Shown here: in pieces, positions 9,745 to 20,592 of the stretch
Layout: each line of letters begins with the position of its first letter
Numbering within the stretch: position 1 is the stretch's first letter
DNA from: Chloroflexota bacterium
GTDB lineage: Bacteria > Chloroflexota > Dehalococcoidia > Lucifugimonadales > UBA3495
DNA length: 64,000 bases
Assembly (NCBI GenBank): GCA_027623675.1
Contig: JAQBVF010000005.1
Coordinates: forward strand, 1 to 64,000
Direction: 5' to 3'
Notes under the pieces: generated by a model
What the model was told of the DNA's origin: nothing
Database searches by the model: none
What the model saw: only the letters and a program-made list of their open reading frames with translations
Made by a program: the position numbers and the translations under genes

Positions 9745-12700
9745 ATGGAAGAACTGTTCGGCCTTTCCATGGACATCATCATGGTTGCCCTGCTGGCCGT
9801 GTTTCTGCCGGTGCTGGCCGGCGTTGTTCTAGTCGCCTGGCGCAACCCGGTCATGCTCAAATTGGCCCTCCGCAACATCCCCCGCCGCAAGTCCCAGACC
9901 TCCCTGATCGTTGCTGGAATCATGATCAGCACCCTGATAATGGCGGCCGCGTTTGGCACCGGGGATTCCATCACCTACTCGATCCGCAAGAACGCCGTTG
10001 AAGCCCTGGGGACCATCGACCAGATCATAGTTTCGGCCCGGGCGTCGGAGTCCGACACCATCGGCAGCTCCAACTACTTTCCCTATGAGCGTTTCGAGCA
10101 ACTCAAGGTCGAGCTGGCCGGAATGGATTCCATCGACGGCCTGGCCCCCGGCATCGGCGAATTCGCCCCGACGATCAACAGCCGCACATCCTTGAGTGAA
10201 GGGCAGATGCGCGTGGCCGGCGTGGACCCCAACACCCTGGCCGGATTTGGCGATTTTCATCTGCTGAGTGGTCAAGAGGTGCGTTTGGAATCCCTGGGGC
10301 CGAACGATGCGTTGATCAACGAGGAAGCGGCCAAGGAGTTGGACGCCATTCCCGGTGACCAATTGGTGGCCTTCATCTCCGATTCCAGCGTGGCTTTCAC
10401 GGTGCAGGGCGTGGTGGACAGCGGCGGGTTGGCCGGGCAAGAATCGACGCTCCTGGTCCGCCTGGACCGTGCCCAAGAGATGTTTGGCCGCGAAGGCATG
10501 ATCAACTCCATGGCGGTTTCCAACCTGGGCGGCGTCTTCGCCGGGGCGGAACTGAGCGACGAAGTCACCGGCGCTCTAAGGGTCATCTTTACCGACCGGG
10601 GGATAGCCGGGGAGATAAAAACCCTGCTCAACCGGAACGAAGTGCTGGAGCAGCTGGACCTGCTGGGGCCGGCGCTGGGCGGCGGCCTGACCGCCGATCT
10701 GGCAACCTTTGCGGCCGGACTGAGGGAGGCGAGCCTCACCGATGAATTTATCGGGGTGCTGGCCGATGAAGATGTCCAGGAAGAGGTGTTGAACGCGGTC
10801 AGTGCGGCCGGACTCGTCGATGTGGAACGCCGGGCGGGCACTCTGCTGGCGGGCCTGGCCGAGTTCCGGGTGATCGACATCAAGAAGCAGGTGCTGGACC
10901 AGGCCGACCAGGCCGGATCCGGAGTGACCAGCATCTTCATCATCATGGGATTGTTCTCCATCATGGTGGGTGTGCTGCTCATCTTCCTGATCTTCGTGAT
11001 GCTGGCGGCGGCCCGGCGCTCCGAGATGGGCATGGCCCGCGCCGTTGGCGCCAAGCGCCGGCACCTCATCCAGATGTTTATCTTTGAGGGAACGGCCTAC
11101 TCCGTGGTCTCGGGCGCCATCGGAGTGGCATTGGGTCTCGGCGCCAGTTTCGTCATCGTATTCGTGGTCAACCGCATCTTTACGGCGGGGGGCAGCGGCG
11201 CGCCCGAGAACTTCACCATGTTCGCCCACTTCGAGATCAGGAGCGCCGTCGTCGCCTACTGCCTGGGCATGGTTATCACCCTGAGCACCGTGGGGATATC
11301 CGCCTACCGGGTCAGCCGCCTGAACATAGTGGCCGCCGTGAGGGGGCTGCCGGCGCCGTCCCAGAGATCTGAAACACCGTACCGGCAGCATCTGCTGGCA
11401 CCGCTTCGGGCGCTGGTCCGGCCACTGTTGCTGGCCGTGACCGCTCTGCGGGCTTTGGCGAGTGGGGATGGAGGGCGCGCGATCGGCCTGGTGCTCATGT
11501 CGTTCTGGGCTGCGGTCACCGTCCCGTTCGCATTCTTCGGCGCTGTCTTTCAAGCCCTTTGGATCCCTTTGGGCCACGGTTGGCTGACAGTGGTTGCCGG
11601 CGCTCTGTTGACCTGGGTGGGCACGTCATCCGACGAAGCGGCGCCGCTTCGCATCGGTGTGACACTGGTGATCGTGGGCGTGGGCCTTTCCATCAGAACG
11701 GCCTACCACCGGACCCGGCTCCGGCCCGACGTGGGAGACCGGATCGCCTACACCTTCATGGGGGTGGTGAACCTGGCGTTCTGGGTGATTCCCTTCGGCT
11801 CGCTGCGGGCCATATTCGGCGATGTGGAAGGCGGCATTGAGATGTTCTTCATCTCCGGCATCGCCATGGTGGCGGCGGCGGTCTGGACGGTGATGTACAA
11901 CGCCGACCTGCTCCTTAAACTGCTGACAACGGTGACCCGGCCCTTCGGGCACCTGCGTCCCGTGCTGGTGACCGCGGTGGCCTACCCCATGGCCGCCAAG
12001 TTCCGCACTGGACTGACCCTGGCCATGTTCGCCCTGGTCATCTTCACCCTGATCGTAATGTCGATCCTCACGGAGGCTTTCAGCGCGGCGGTGGGGGATT
12101 CGGACCAGGTTGCCGGCGGCTGGGACATTCAGGCCGAGGTCAACCCCAACACTCCCATCGACGACATACGCCTAGCCATCGATGAGAAACCGGGCCTGGA
12201 TAACAAGGACTTCATATCAATCGGCGGCTATACCGCGTTCCCGGTTGAAACCAGGCAGGTGGGCGCCTCCGAACAGCGCTGGAAGTTCTACGCCGTCCGC
12301 GCCGCCGACGACCAATACCTCCAGGAGACGGCCGCGAACCTGAAACTCATCGCCAACGGTTACGGCGATACCCCAGAGGAAGTCTGGGAAGCGTTGCGGT
12401 TGGACCCCAATCTAGTGGTGGTCGACTCCCTGGTCGTACCCTCTCGTGAAGGTTTCGCCAGCGATGAGATACCCTTTGAACTGGAGGGAGTCTTCTATGA
12501 AGACACCGAGATGGAGGCCATCGACATCGAGGTCAGGGAACCGCGTACCGGTCAGGTGATTCCCCTGAAGGTGATTGGGGTGATGGATCGCCTCACCGAC
12601 GCATTCGGCGAGTTGGGTTTCGGCATGATCGCCTCCCGGCGGGGCCTGGATGAAGCCATTCCCTTCCGCATTCCCACCACCACCTACCGTTTCAAAGCAG

Positions 12701-13218
12701 CGGAGGGCACCGATATACCCGCTCTTTCCAAAGACCTGGAATCGGCCTTCCGCGAGAACGGAATGGAAACCGATGTCCTTTCAGAACTCGTCGACGATAT
12801 CGCCGCCGCCAACCGGGCCTTCAATTATCTGTTCACCAGCTTCATGGGCCTGGGACTGCTGGTCGGCGTAACCTCACTGGGGGTGGTCAGCCTACGGGCG
12901 GTGGTGGAGCGACGCCAGCAGATCGGCGTGCTCCGGGCCATCGGCTACCGGCGCCGGATGGTGCAGCTCAGCTTCCTCACCGAGTCGACATTCGTGGTCC
13001 TCATGGGCATCGCCATCGGGGTTGGGCTGGGCACCGTAATCTCCTACAATATAGTCAAGGACATCCAAGACGACATCGAAACCGTCCGGTTCGCCATACC
13101 CTGGTTGCAGATTGGAATCATCATTGCCATAGCCTACGTCTTCTCTCTGGCGACCACATATATGCCTGCCCGCCAAGCCTCCCGGATCTACCCTGCCGAG
13201 GCGCTGCGCTATGAATAG
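9745..13218 (+). CDS. FtsX-like ABC permease with duplicated architecture
   Basis: Two FtsX-type repeats (RRSEMGMARAVGA; ERRQQIGVLRAIG); ends PAEALRYE. Confidence 0.9.
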   Translation: MEELFGLSMDIIMVALLAVFLPVLAGVVLVAWRNPVMLKLALRNIPRRKSQTSLIVAGIMISTLIMAAAFGTGDSITYSIRKNAVEALGTIDQIIVSARASESDTIGSSNYFPYERFEQLKVELAGMDSIDGLAPGIGEFAPTINSRTSLSEGQMRVAGVDPNTLAGFGDFHLLSGQEVRLESLGPNDALINEEAAKELDAIPGDQLVAFISDSSVAFTVQGVVDSGGLAGQESTLLVRLDRAQEMFGREGMINSMAVSNLGGVFAGAELSDEVTGALRVIFTDRGIAGEIKTLLNRNEVLEQLDLLGPALGGGLTADLATFAAGLREASLTDEFIGVLADEDVQEEVLNAVSAAGLVDVERRAGTLLAGLAEFRVIDIKKQVLDQADQAGSGVTSIFIIMGLFSIMVGVLLIFLIFVMLAAARRSEMGMARAVGAKRRHLIQMFIFEGTAYSVVSGAIGVALGLGASFVIVFVVNRIFTAGGSGAPENFTMFAHFEIRSAVVAYCLGMVITLSTVGISAYRVSRLNIVAAVRGLPAPSQRSETPYRQHLLAPLRALVRPLLLAVTALRALASGDGGRAIGLVLMSFWAAVTVPFAFFGAVFQALWIPLGHGWLTVVAGALLTWVGTSSDEAAPLRIGVTLVIVGVGLSIRTAYHRTRLRPDVGDRIAYTFMGVVNLAFWVIPFGSLRAIFGDVEGGIEMFFISGIAMVAAAVWTVMYNADLLLKLLTTVTRPFGHLRPVLVTAVAYPMAAKFRTGLTLAMFALVIFTLIVMSILTEAFSAAVGDSDQVAGGWDIQAEVNPNTPIDDIRLAIDEKPGLDNKDFISIGGYTAFPVETRQVGASEQRWKFYAVRAADDQYLQETAANLKLIANGYGDTPEEVWEALRLDPNLVVVDSLVVPSREGFASDEIPFELEGVFYEDTEMEAIDIEVREPRTGQVIPLKVIGVMDRLTDAFGELGFGMIASRRGLDEAIPFRIPTTTYRFKAAEGTDIPALSKDLESAFRENGMETDVLSELVDDIAAANRAFNYLFTSFMGLGLLVGVTSLGVVSLRAVVERRQQIGVLRAIGYRRRMVQLSFLTESTFVVLMGIAIGVGLGTVISYNIVKDIQDDIETVRFAIPWLQIGIIIAIAYVFSLATTYMPARQASRIYPAEALRYE

Positions 13219-13248
13219 CCCCAAGGTGAGCCTATAAGGAGAACCAAA

Positions 13249-15567
13249 ATGACCGTTAAAACTATCGCCAACGCCAACGGATTTAGAGTGATTGGCGCCA
13301 CCCCACTACGGCATGACGCGATGGACAAGGTCACCGGGCAGGCCCGTTACGGCGCGGATATATCCCTGCCGGGTCTCCTCCACGGCAAGATACTGCGCAG
13401 CCCCCACGCCCACGCCAAGATCAGGTCCATCGACGCCAGCAAGGCCCTGGCCCTGCCCGGCGTGAAGGCGGTTGTGACCTCGGCCGACCTGCCGGTGCTC
13501 TCCGGACGGCCGGTGGACGTGGCCGAGGGCTCTCCTTTGAATCCCAGGTTCCTGAGCAACAATGTGCTGGCCGCCGACAAGGCGCTATATCGGGGGCATG
13601 CCATCGCCGGGGTGGCCGCCGACAGCGTGCACACGGCCGAGCAGGCCCTGGCTCTGATTGACGTCGACTACGAGGTCCTGACTCCCGTGCTGGATGGCAA
13701 GGAGGCCATGAAGCCGGGAGCGCCGATACTCCACGACATGTTGTTCCATTCCGAGGGCGAATTCTTCCGGCCCGGCGGCCTGCGCGACGAGGGCGACGAC
13801 AGCCCGCCGACCAACATTGCCAGCCACTTTGTATTCGGGTTTGGTGACTTGGAACAGGGTTTCAAAGACGCCGACGTGATTGTGGAGCGGGAGTTCCGGA
13901 CCAAGCCGGTGCATCAGGGTTACATCGAACCGCACAGCGCCACCGCCCGCTGGGACCGGGATGGGCGCGTGACCATTTGGGGCAGCTCGCAAGGCCATTT
14001 CGCCATCCGAGACTTCACCGCGCTGGTCTTGGGAGAGCGAATCTCCAACGTGAAAGTGATCCCCATGGAGATTGGCGGGGGCTTTGGGGGAAAGTTGGTG
14101 GTGTACGTTGAGCCGGTGGCGGCGCTCCTTTCCAAGAAATCGGGCCGCCCGGTCAAGATCACCATGACCCGCCCCGAGGTCTTCGAGGCTACCGGCGCCA
14201 CCGCCGGTGGGTACATCCGGGCCAAGATCGGGGCCACCGATGACGGACGCATCACCGCTGCCGACGCCCACTTTGTCTATGAGTCGGGCGCTTTCCCCGG
14301 CGCGTTGGTCAACCTGGCGGCCTACACCATATTCGCGCCATACGATATCGCCAACATCCGGTCGGAGGGCTACGATGTGGTGGTCAACAAGCCCAAGGTC
14401 GCACCCTACCGGGCCCCTCTGGGACCGCCAGCCGGGTTCGCCGGTGAGACCCTGATCGACGAATTGGCCGAGAAGCTGTCGATGGACCCCATCGAATTTC
14501 GCCTGATCAACGCCGCAAAGGAAGGCACCCGCCGCGTAACCGGCGTCCCGTTCAAGAAGATTGGCTACGTCGAAACTCTTCAAGCGGCCCAGATGCACCC
14601 CCACTACAATGCGCCATTGGGCGGTCCCAACCGGGGCCGTGGACTGGCCACTGCGGTCAGCAATAACATCACCGGCCCGGCCAACGCCGTGGTTACGCTG
14701 CAACAGGACGGCAGCGTGGGCCTGGTTGAGGGCTCAGCCGACCTGGCGGGCAGCCGAACCGCCGCAGCCATGCACGTAGCAGAGGTCCTGGGCATCCCTC
14801 CCGAAGATGTGCACCCATCGGTGGGCGACACCGACTCCATCGGATACACGGCCATCAGCGCCGGCAGCAGCGCCGTCTACAAGACCGGCTGGGCCAGCTT
14901 TGAGGCAGCGCGCGACATGCAGCGTCAGTTGGCGGCACGCGCGGCGCTCATCTGGGATGTGCCGGTGGAGGAAGTGGAAATCGCCGACGGCGTCTATAGC
15001 CACCGGTCCGATCCGGAATTGCGGTTGACGCTGAAAGAGTTGGCGGCCCGGCAGAATACCACCGGAGGGCCGATCTTGGGCCGGGCCGGCGGCGTCTGGG
15101 GCGGCGAGAGCCCTGGGTTCGCCGTGCACATCGTGGACGTGGAAGTGGACCCGGAGACGGGCAAGACCGGGATACTGCGGTACACCGCCATCCAGGACCC
15201 CGGCAGGGCCGTGCATCCCACCTACGTGGCAGGCCAGATCCAGGGCGGGGCTGTTCAGGGTATCGGCTGGGCCTTGAATGAGGAATATGTGACCAACAGC
15301 GAGGGCCGGATGCTGAACTCCAGTTGGCTCGACTACCGAATGCCCGTCGCCAAGGACCTGCCCATGATCGACACCCAGATAGTCGAGGTCCCGAATCCGG
15401 AGCACCCCACCGGGGTTAGGGGCGTGGGAGAGGTTTCGATAATCCCGCCGATCCCGGCCATCGCCAACGCCATCTACCGAGCCATCGGCATCCGAATGAA
15501 CGAGACGCCCATGTCGCCAGGAGCGGTCTTGGAGGCCATCTGGGAGAGGGATTCTAGTTCAAGTTAG
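13249..15567 (+). CDS. xanthine dehydrogenase family molybdopterin-binding subunit
   Basis: DKVTGQARYGAD, LRSPHAHAKI, IGGGFGGK, GQIQGGAVQGIGWAL, GVRGVGE. Confidence 0.92.
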   Translation: MTVKTIANANGFRVIGATPLRHDAMDKVTGQARYGADISLPGLLHGKILRSPHAHAKIRSIDASKALALPGVKAVVTSADLPVLSGRPVDVAEGSPLNPRFLSNNVLAADKALYRGHAIAGVAADSVHTAEQALALIDVDYEVLTPVLDGKEAMKPGAPILHDMLFHSEGEFFRPGGLRDEGDDSPPTNIASHFVFGFGDLEQGFKDADVIVEREFRTKPVHQGYIEPHSATARWDRDGRVTIWGSSQGHFAIRDFTALVLGERISNVKVIPMEIGGGFGGKLVVYVEPVAALLSKKSGRPVKITMTRPEVFEATGATAGGYIRAKIGATDDGRITAADAHFVYESGAFPGALVNLAAYTIFAPYDIANIRSEGYDVVVNKPKVAPYRAPLGPPAGFAGETLIDELAEKLSMDPIEFRLINAAKEGTRRVTGVPFKKIGYVETLQAAQMHPHYNAPLGGPNRGRGLATAVSNNITGPANAVVTLQQDGSVGLVEGSADLAGSRTAAAMHVAEVLGIPPEDVHPSVGDTDSIGYTAISAGSSAVYKTGWASFEAARDMQRQLAARAALIWDVPVEEVEIADGVYSHRSDPELRLTLKELAARQNTTGGPILGRAGGVWGGESPGFAVHIVDVEVDPETGKTGILRYTAIQDPGRAVHPTYVAGQIQGGAVQGIGWALNEEYVTNSEGRMLNSSWLDYRMPVAKDLPMIDTQIVEVPNPEHPTGVRGVGEVSIIPPIPAIANAIYRAIGIRMNETPMSPGAVLEAIWERDSSSS

Positions 15568-15637
15568 CGTGGCGTAACTGGCGGGCGCCCCCGAACCGCG
15601 GATCCCGCCGGCCAGCGCCTGTCTGGCTGCGACCCGA

Positions 15638-15851
15638 GTCATTCCCCGGAAGGGCGAGCAGACACGCCACCGGATAACCGGATTCCGCACCGGCGTCAGC
15701 CGGTGCGGAATGACAACTTGGGGAGGCTGCGACCCTCGACGGACTGCGGATCCGGCAGACCAACCCCCGCCACCTGTCGCCGCGAGAGATGCGAGACGTC
15801 TCGTTGCTGAGGCAAGAGATTCCACGCCGGCTGCCGCCGGTTCGGAATGAC
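15638..15851. repeat. REP-like palindromic repeats with GTCATT/AATGAC ends
   Basis: GTCATTCC at 15638; 13-bp stem ATTCCGCACCGGC/GCCGGTGCGGAAT then GAC at 15681-15714; degenerate copy at 15818-15851; lies between convergent genes. Confidence 0.65.
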
Positions 15852-15961
15852 GGTGTGAGCGTGCGTGAACGACCGGTTTTGGCGAAACACCGGACCCAGC
15901 GCGTAGGCACTTCCAAGAAGCGCACTATTGAACAACCGACTGAAGGACCGACGCTGGCGGG

Positions 15962-16927
15962 CTACGGGGTCAGGATCACCTTGCCGCGGGTGCCCCGGTT
16001 GGCCAGATGCTCGTGGGCCTTGGCCACCTGGGACATGGGCAGCACTTGGTCGACGATCAACTTGACCTTGCCTTCGGCAATCATCGGAAACAACTCAGCC
16101 ATGGCCCCCTTGTGGTCCAGGGAACCCACCGGCGAACGGCCGATGCTGAACCCAATGACCGTGCGGTTGGCGGTGGTGATGTCGGCGGCCGCCAGGTTGG
16201 CCGGGGTGCCCGAGGCGTTGCCGTAGCTGACCAGCCGCCCGTATGAGGCTATGCACCTTACGCTTTTCTCCAACACCGGGCCGCCGACGCACTCCAATAT
16301 CAGGTCCACGCCCTGGCCGCCGGTCTCGTCGTTGACCGCCTTTTCAAAGTCCGTCTCGGTGTAGTTGATCAGAACGTCAGCGCCCAGGGATCTGGCCAGG
16401 TCCAACTTGTCCTGGGTCGAGGCTGTCGTGATCACCTTGGCGCCCCAGGCTTTGGCCAATTGGATGGCCACCGTGCCCACCCCGGAAGCCCCGGCCTGGA
16501 CCAGCACCGTTTGGCCCGATTCCAGATGTCCTCTCGACTTGAGCAGGTGGTAGGAGGTCAGGAATACTATGGGCATGCCGCCCGCTTCCACCGGGTCCAG
16601 GGAGTCGGGATAGGGGAACACTAAGTTGCCGTTAACGGCCACGTACTCCGCCTGGCCTCCCGGCCCCATGGCCATGACCTTCTGGCCCACGGTAATGCCG
16701 TTAACCTCCGAGCCTACTTCTATTACCGTGCCGGCCGCCTCTAGGCCCATCGATGAAGGCAGGTCCGGCCCCGGATAGTTGCCGCTCCGGCGTAGTATGT
16801 CGGCGTAGTTCACCCCGGCCGAGTCGACCTTGATCAGGACATGATGGGGACGGGGAGTTGGCTCCGGCACATCCTCAATCTTCAATACTTCAACGCCGCC
16901 GAATTCGTTCAATCTGACCGCTTTCAT
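15962..16927 (-). CDS. NADPH:quinone oxidoreductase (MDR/QOR family)
   Basis: GVNYAD, GLEAAG, VLVQAGASGVG, GKVIL. Confidence 0.9.
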   Translation of the reverse strand: MKAVRLNEFGGVEVLKIEDVPEPTPRPHHVLIKVDSAGVNYADILRRSGNYPGPDLPSSMGLEAAGTVIEVGSEVNGITVGQKVMAMGPGGQAEYVAVNGNLVFPYPDSLDPVEAGGMPIVFLTSYHLLKSRGHLESGQTVLVQAGASGVGTVAIQLAKAWGAKVITTASTQDKLDLARSLGADVLINYTETDFEKAVNDETGGQGVDLILECVGGPVLEKSVRCIASYGRLVSYGNASGTPANLAAADITTANRTVIGFSIGRSPVGSLDHKGAMAELFPMIAEGKVKLIVDQVLPMSQVAKAHEHLANRGTRGKVILTP

Positions 16928-16970
16928 TTCATCGCTCTCTGCTGGGGTTTTCTTGGTTCTGCAGTAGTAC

Positions 16971-17966
16971 CTAGTTGTAGCCGCGGAACTGGGCTGAGGT
17001 CAGAACGTCGGGGTTGATGACCCGCACGGGTTCCCCGCTGGTGAAGGCGCGGACGTTATCGACGACTCCGGCATAGAACGCCTGGTACCCGTCTTCCGTT
17101 ACGTAGCCCAGGTGGGGACAGATCAGGGTATTCGGCGTCTTGAACAGGGGGTGATCCAGGGGCAGCGGTTCGATATCGAAGGTGTCCAACGCCGCTCCGG
17201 CGATGGCCCTCCGCTCCAAAACGTCGATCAGGGCCTTTTCGTCAACGATGGGCCCACGGGAGATATTCACCAGGTAAGCAGTGGGTTTCATCAGGGCCAG
17301 TTCGGCCGCTCCGACCAGGCCTCTCGTGCGGTCGCTGAGGACCAGGTGCACGGAGAGGATGTCCGACTCCTTGAACAGGGTTTCCTTGTCCACCAGCATG
17401 GCCTCGCATTCCCTGGCCCGCTCGGCGGTCATGTTCTGGCTCCAGGCGATGATGTTCATGTCGAAAGCCTTGCCCACCCGCGCCACCAGCGAGCCGATGT
17501 GTCCCAGGCCCATGAGCCCCAGGGTCTTGCCCTTGAGGTTGGTCCCAACCGTGGTGCCCCAACTGCCGGCCCTGGACCGTTGGTCCTCTTCGGGGATGTG
17601 ACGCAGCATGGCCAGGATCAGGCCCCAGGTGAGTTCGGTGGGCCCCTCGCCCCCGCCGTCGGTGCCGCAGACCGTCACCCCCATCTCGGTGGCCGCTTCG
17701 ATGTCGAATGAGGCGTTGCGGCGGCCGGTGGTGATCAGCAGACGCAGCTTGGGCAGCCGGGACAGGATCGAGCGGGTGAATGGAGTGCGTTCCCGCATCC
17801 CCATCACCAGGTCGAAATCCTTGAGACGCTCCACCAGTTTGTCTTCATCGGCGATGTGGTCTTGGAAGAACTCGACATCAGTGCCGGCGGGCAATCGTGA
17901 CCAGTCGGTCAGTTCTCTGGCTGTCCCCTGGTAATCGTCCAATACTGCTAGTTTCAACTTAGTCAT
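16971..17966 (-). CDS. D-2-hydroxyacid dehydrogenase family protein
   Basis: MRERTPF, GLGHIG, VNISRGPIVDE, PHLGYVT. Confidence 0.92.
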   Translation of the reverse strand: MTKLKLAVLDDYQGTARELTDWSRLPAGTDVEFFQDHIADEDKLVERLKDFDLVMGMRERTPFTRSILSRLPKLRLLITTGRRNASFDIEAATEMGVTVCGTDGGGEGPTELTWGLILAMLRHIPEEDQRSRAGSWGTTVGTNLKGKTLGLMGLGHIGSLVARVGKAFDMNIIAWSQNMTAERARECEAMLVDKETLFKESDILSVHLVLSDRTRGLVGAAELALMKPTAYLVNISRGPIVDEKALIDVLERRAIAGAALDTFDIEPLPLDHPLFKTPNTLICPHLGYVTEDGYQAFYAGVVDNVRAFTSGEPVRVINPDVLTSAQFRGYN

Positions 17967-18060
17967 CTCCCATTGAATGCGCGGTTAGGCGAGGGCTGTA
18001 CCTGCCGGTTGGCGTCAGGTTACCAGTCATATCCGGCACGGTGTTTGGTGATTCGGGCGG

Positions 18061-19110
18061 CTATTTGAAGGCTGGCATAACCTTCTCAGTGATGATGCGC
18101 AGGCTGCGGAGGACCCGCTCCTCGGGGATCAGGCCGCCGGCGTTGAGCTCGGCCAGCACGCCGTCCAGCCCCAGTTCCTCTTTCAGTTGGGCGAAGCGGT
18201 CGATCAGGCCTTCGGCGGTGCCGAATGCAATCTTGGTTTCAAGCATCTCGTCATAGCTCAGGGCCGCCAACTGCTCGGCCCGTCCCTGGCGCAGTTCGGT
18301 GGAATCGATGCCCGCCTTCCCGGCCGACTCGCGGTAAAGCCCGCCCATCCGGCCGAAATAGCCGCTGATGCTCTCGAAGGGTTCGTCCAGCGCCTGCTCC
18401 TTAGTCTCTCCGGCGTAGACCGGTATCCGCAGGGAAACGTCGCCGTGGCCGGCGTGGCCGGCTTCTTCCCAGGTCTCCCGGTAGATCTTCACATTCTCTT
18501 TTAGTTCGGGGATGTCCATGCCGCGCAGTCCGACGAATATGGGATGACCTGCCTTGCCCAGCCGGATGAATGTCTCCGTGGAGTTGGCTGCGATGCGGAG
18601 CGGAGGATGGGGCTGCTGATAGGGCACGGGCGAGATGGTCGCTTTATCCACGTTATAGAACTCTCCTTTGTAGGAGAACTCCTTGCCCTGCCACGCCTGC
18701 AGGATGATCTCCATGGACTCGGCGAACCGGGCCTGGCTCTCACTATAATCGATGCTGAAAACGTCGTAGGATCGGGCGAAACCACTGCGTCCGATGCCAA
18801 ACTCGAACCGGCCCTCACTGATGTGGTCCACCGTCGCCACTTCCTCGGCGATGCGCAGAGGGTTGCTGAGCGGCAGGACGTAGACAGCCATGCCGACCCG
18901 GAGCCGTTTGGTGCGGGCCGCGATAGCGCTGGCCACCACGATGGGAGACGAGAGCACCGAGCGGGCTGGATTGAAGTGCAGTTCGGCCAGCCAGACTCCG
19001 TCCAGACCCATGGCCTCGGCCGAGTCGACCATCCGGAACCCTTCCTTAAATGCCTGGGACTCGGTGACCCCAGCCCTGTTGCCAAACTCCATGAATGCGC
19101 CGAAGTGCAT
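18061..19110 (-). CDS. LLM-class flavin-dependent oxidoreductase
   Basis: WLAELHF, NPLRIAEEVATVDHISEGRFEFGIGR. Confidence 0.92.
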   Translation of the reverse strand: MHFGAFMEFGNRAGVTESQAFKEGFRMVDSAEAMGLDGVWLAELHFNPARSVLSSPIVVASAIAARTKRLRVGMAVYVLPLSNPLRIAEEVATVDHISEGRFEFGIGRSGFARSYDVFSIDYSESQARFAESMEIILQAWQGKEFSYKGEFYNVDKATISPVPYQQPHPPLRIAANSTETFIRLGKAGHPIFVGLRGMDIPELKENVKIYRETWEEAGHAGHGDVSLRIPVYAGETKEQALDEPFESISGYFGRMGGLYRESAGKAGIDSTELRQGRAEQLAALSYDEMLETKIAFGTAEGLIDRFAQLKEELGLDGVLAELNAGGLIPEERVLRSLRIITEKVMPAFK

Positions 19111-19356
19111 GTGGTGCTCCTATCGATTTCATCTTGATGCCGTCGTTTCTGGGTCAAACGTGGCGACGGCGGAGGCCGCGCCGCGCGAAGCCACACTCAA
19201 AAATATCGCATGCGGGACCAAGGGTCAAGAAAATGGCCGTGAGGCTGGACTGCCCATGACGCCTTGACCGGTCTCGCCGCGCGGACTAACCTTAGCCACA
19301 CGATTCCTGGCGCGGTCTCTTTGCCAGTCCGCGTTTGAAAATGAGGCGTATTAACG

Positions 19357-20592
19357 ATGGAAACGGGCCAGTACGACATCGCGATCATCGGGGGCGGCAT
19401 CTTGGGCCTTTCCACCGCCATGCAGTTGGCGGCTAGCGCGCCCAGTTGGAAGGTGGCGGTGCTGGAGAAAGAAGACGCCCTGGCGACCCACCAGACCGGG
19501 CACAACAGCGGGGTGATGCACTCGGGCATCTATTACCGGCCCGGCTCCCATAAGGCCCGGTTCTGCGTGGCCGGCCTGAACAACCTGGTCCGCTTCTGCG
19601 AAGAGAACGAGATCGACTACCAGCAATGCGGCAAGGTCATCGTCGCCACCAATGAGTCTGAGTTGGGACGGTTGCAGGACCTCTACGAACGGGGCACGGC
19701 CAATGGGGTGCCGGACCTGGAGTTGGTCGGCCCCGAAAGGCTGAAAGAGATCGAGCCATATACGGTCGGGGTGCAGGCCCTATGGGCGCCGCACACCGGC
19801 ATCGTCGATTTCACCAAGGTTGCAGCCGCCTACGCCGACAAGTTCCAACAGGCAGGCGGCAACATATTCACGGGCGCCCCGGTGAAGAAGATTGTTAGGT
19901 CCGCTGGTGCTGCCGGTTCAGGCGGCGCCGTGGCTTTGGAGACGCCCAAGGGGACGCTCCAAGCCAAGCACATCATCAACTGCGGCGGTCTGTACGCCGA
20001 CCGGGTGGCTGAGATGACCGGCGAGAAGGTGGGCGTGCGGATCATCCCGTTCCGGGGCGAGTATTACACCCTGCGGCCGGAGAGTCATAACCTGGTGTCC
20101 GGCCTGATCTACCCGGTCCCGGACCCTCGGTTCCCGTTCTTGGGCGTGCACTTCACCCGCAACATCCACGGCAGCGTCGAGGCCGGCCCCAACGCGGTGC
20201 TGGCCCTGCGCCGGGAGGGCTACCGCAAGCGCGATTTCGACATCGGCGAAAGCCTGGGCAGCCTGGCCTATCCCGGGTTCTGGAAGATGGCGGCCAAGTT
20301 CTGGAAGATCGGCATGGGCGAGGTCTACCGCTCTTTCAGCAAGAGGGTGTTCCTGCGCGACCTGCAGCGGCTGCTGCCCGAGATTAAGGAGTCCGACCTG
20401 GCGTCCGGCGGCTCCGGGGTAAGGGCGCAGGCCGTGGCCAAAGACGGCACGTTGCTGGACGACTTCAGCATCATTCAGGGCCGCGACGCCATCCACGTTC
20501 TAAACGCACCGTCGCCTGGCGCCACGTCGTCGTTGGCCATCGGGGAGCACATCGCCGGACTGGCAGTGGAGCAGTTCGGGGGGTCTAGCTAG
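19357..20592 (+). CDS. lhgO: L-2-hydroxyglutarate oxidase/dehydrogenase
   Basis: GGGILG, HQTGHNSGVMHSGIYY, IYPVPDPRFPFLGVH, NAPSPGATSS. Confidence 0.9.
   Translation: METGQYDIAIIGGGILGLSTAMQLAASAPSWKVAVLEKEDALATHQTGHNSGVMHSGIYYRPGSHKARFCVAGLNNLVRFCEENEIDYQQCGKVIVATNESELGRLQDLYERGTANGVPDLELVGPERLKEIEPYTVGVQALWAPHTGIVDFTKVAAAYADKFQQAGGNIFTGAPVKKIVRSAGAAGSGGAVALETPKGTLQAKHIINCGGLYADRVAEMTGEKVGVRIIPFRGEYYTLRPESHNLVSGLIYPVPDPRFPFLGVHFTRNIHGSVEAGPNAVLALRREGYRKRDFDIGESLGSLAYPGFWKMAAKFWKIGMGEVYRSFSKRVFLRDLQRLLPEIKESDLASGGSGVRAQAVAKDGTLLDDFSIIQGRDAIHVLNAPSPGATSSLAIGEHIAGLAVEQFGGSS

Noticed and set aside
13249..15567. Aerobic CO dehydrogenase CoxL
   Set aside because: Lacks the AYRCSFR or AYRGAGR loop, and no coxM/coxS is nearby.
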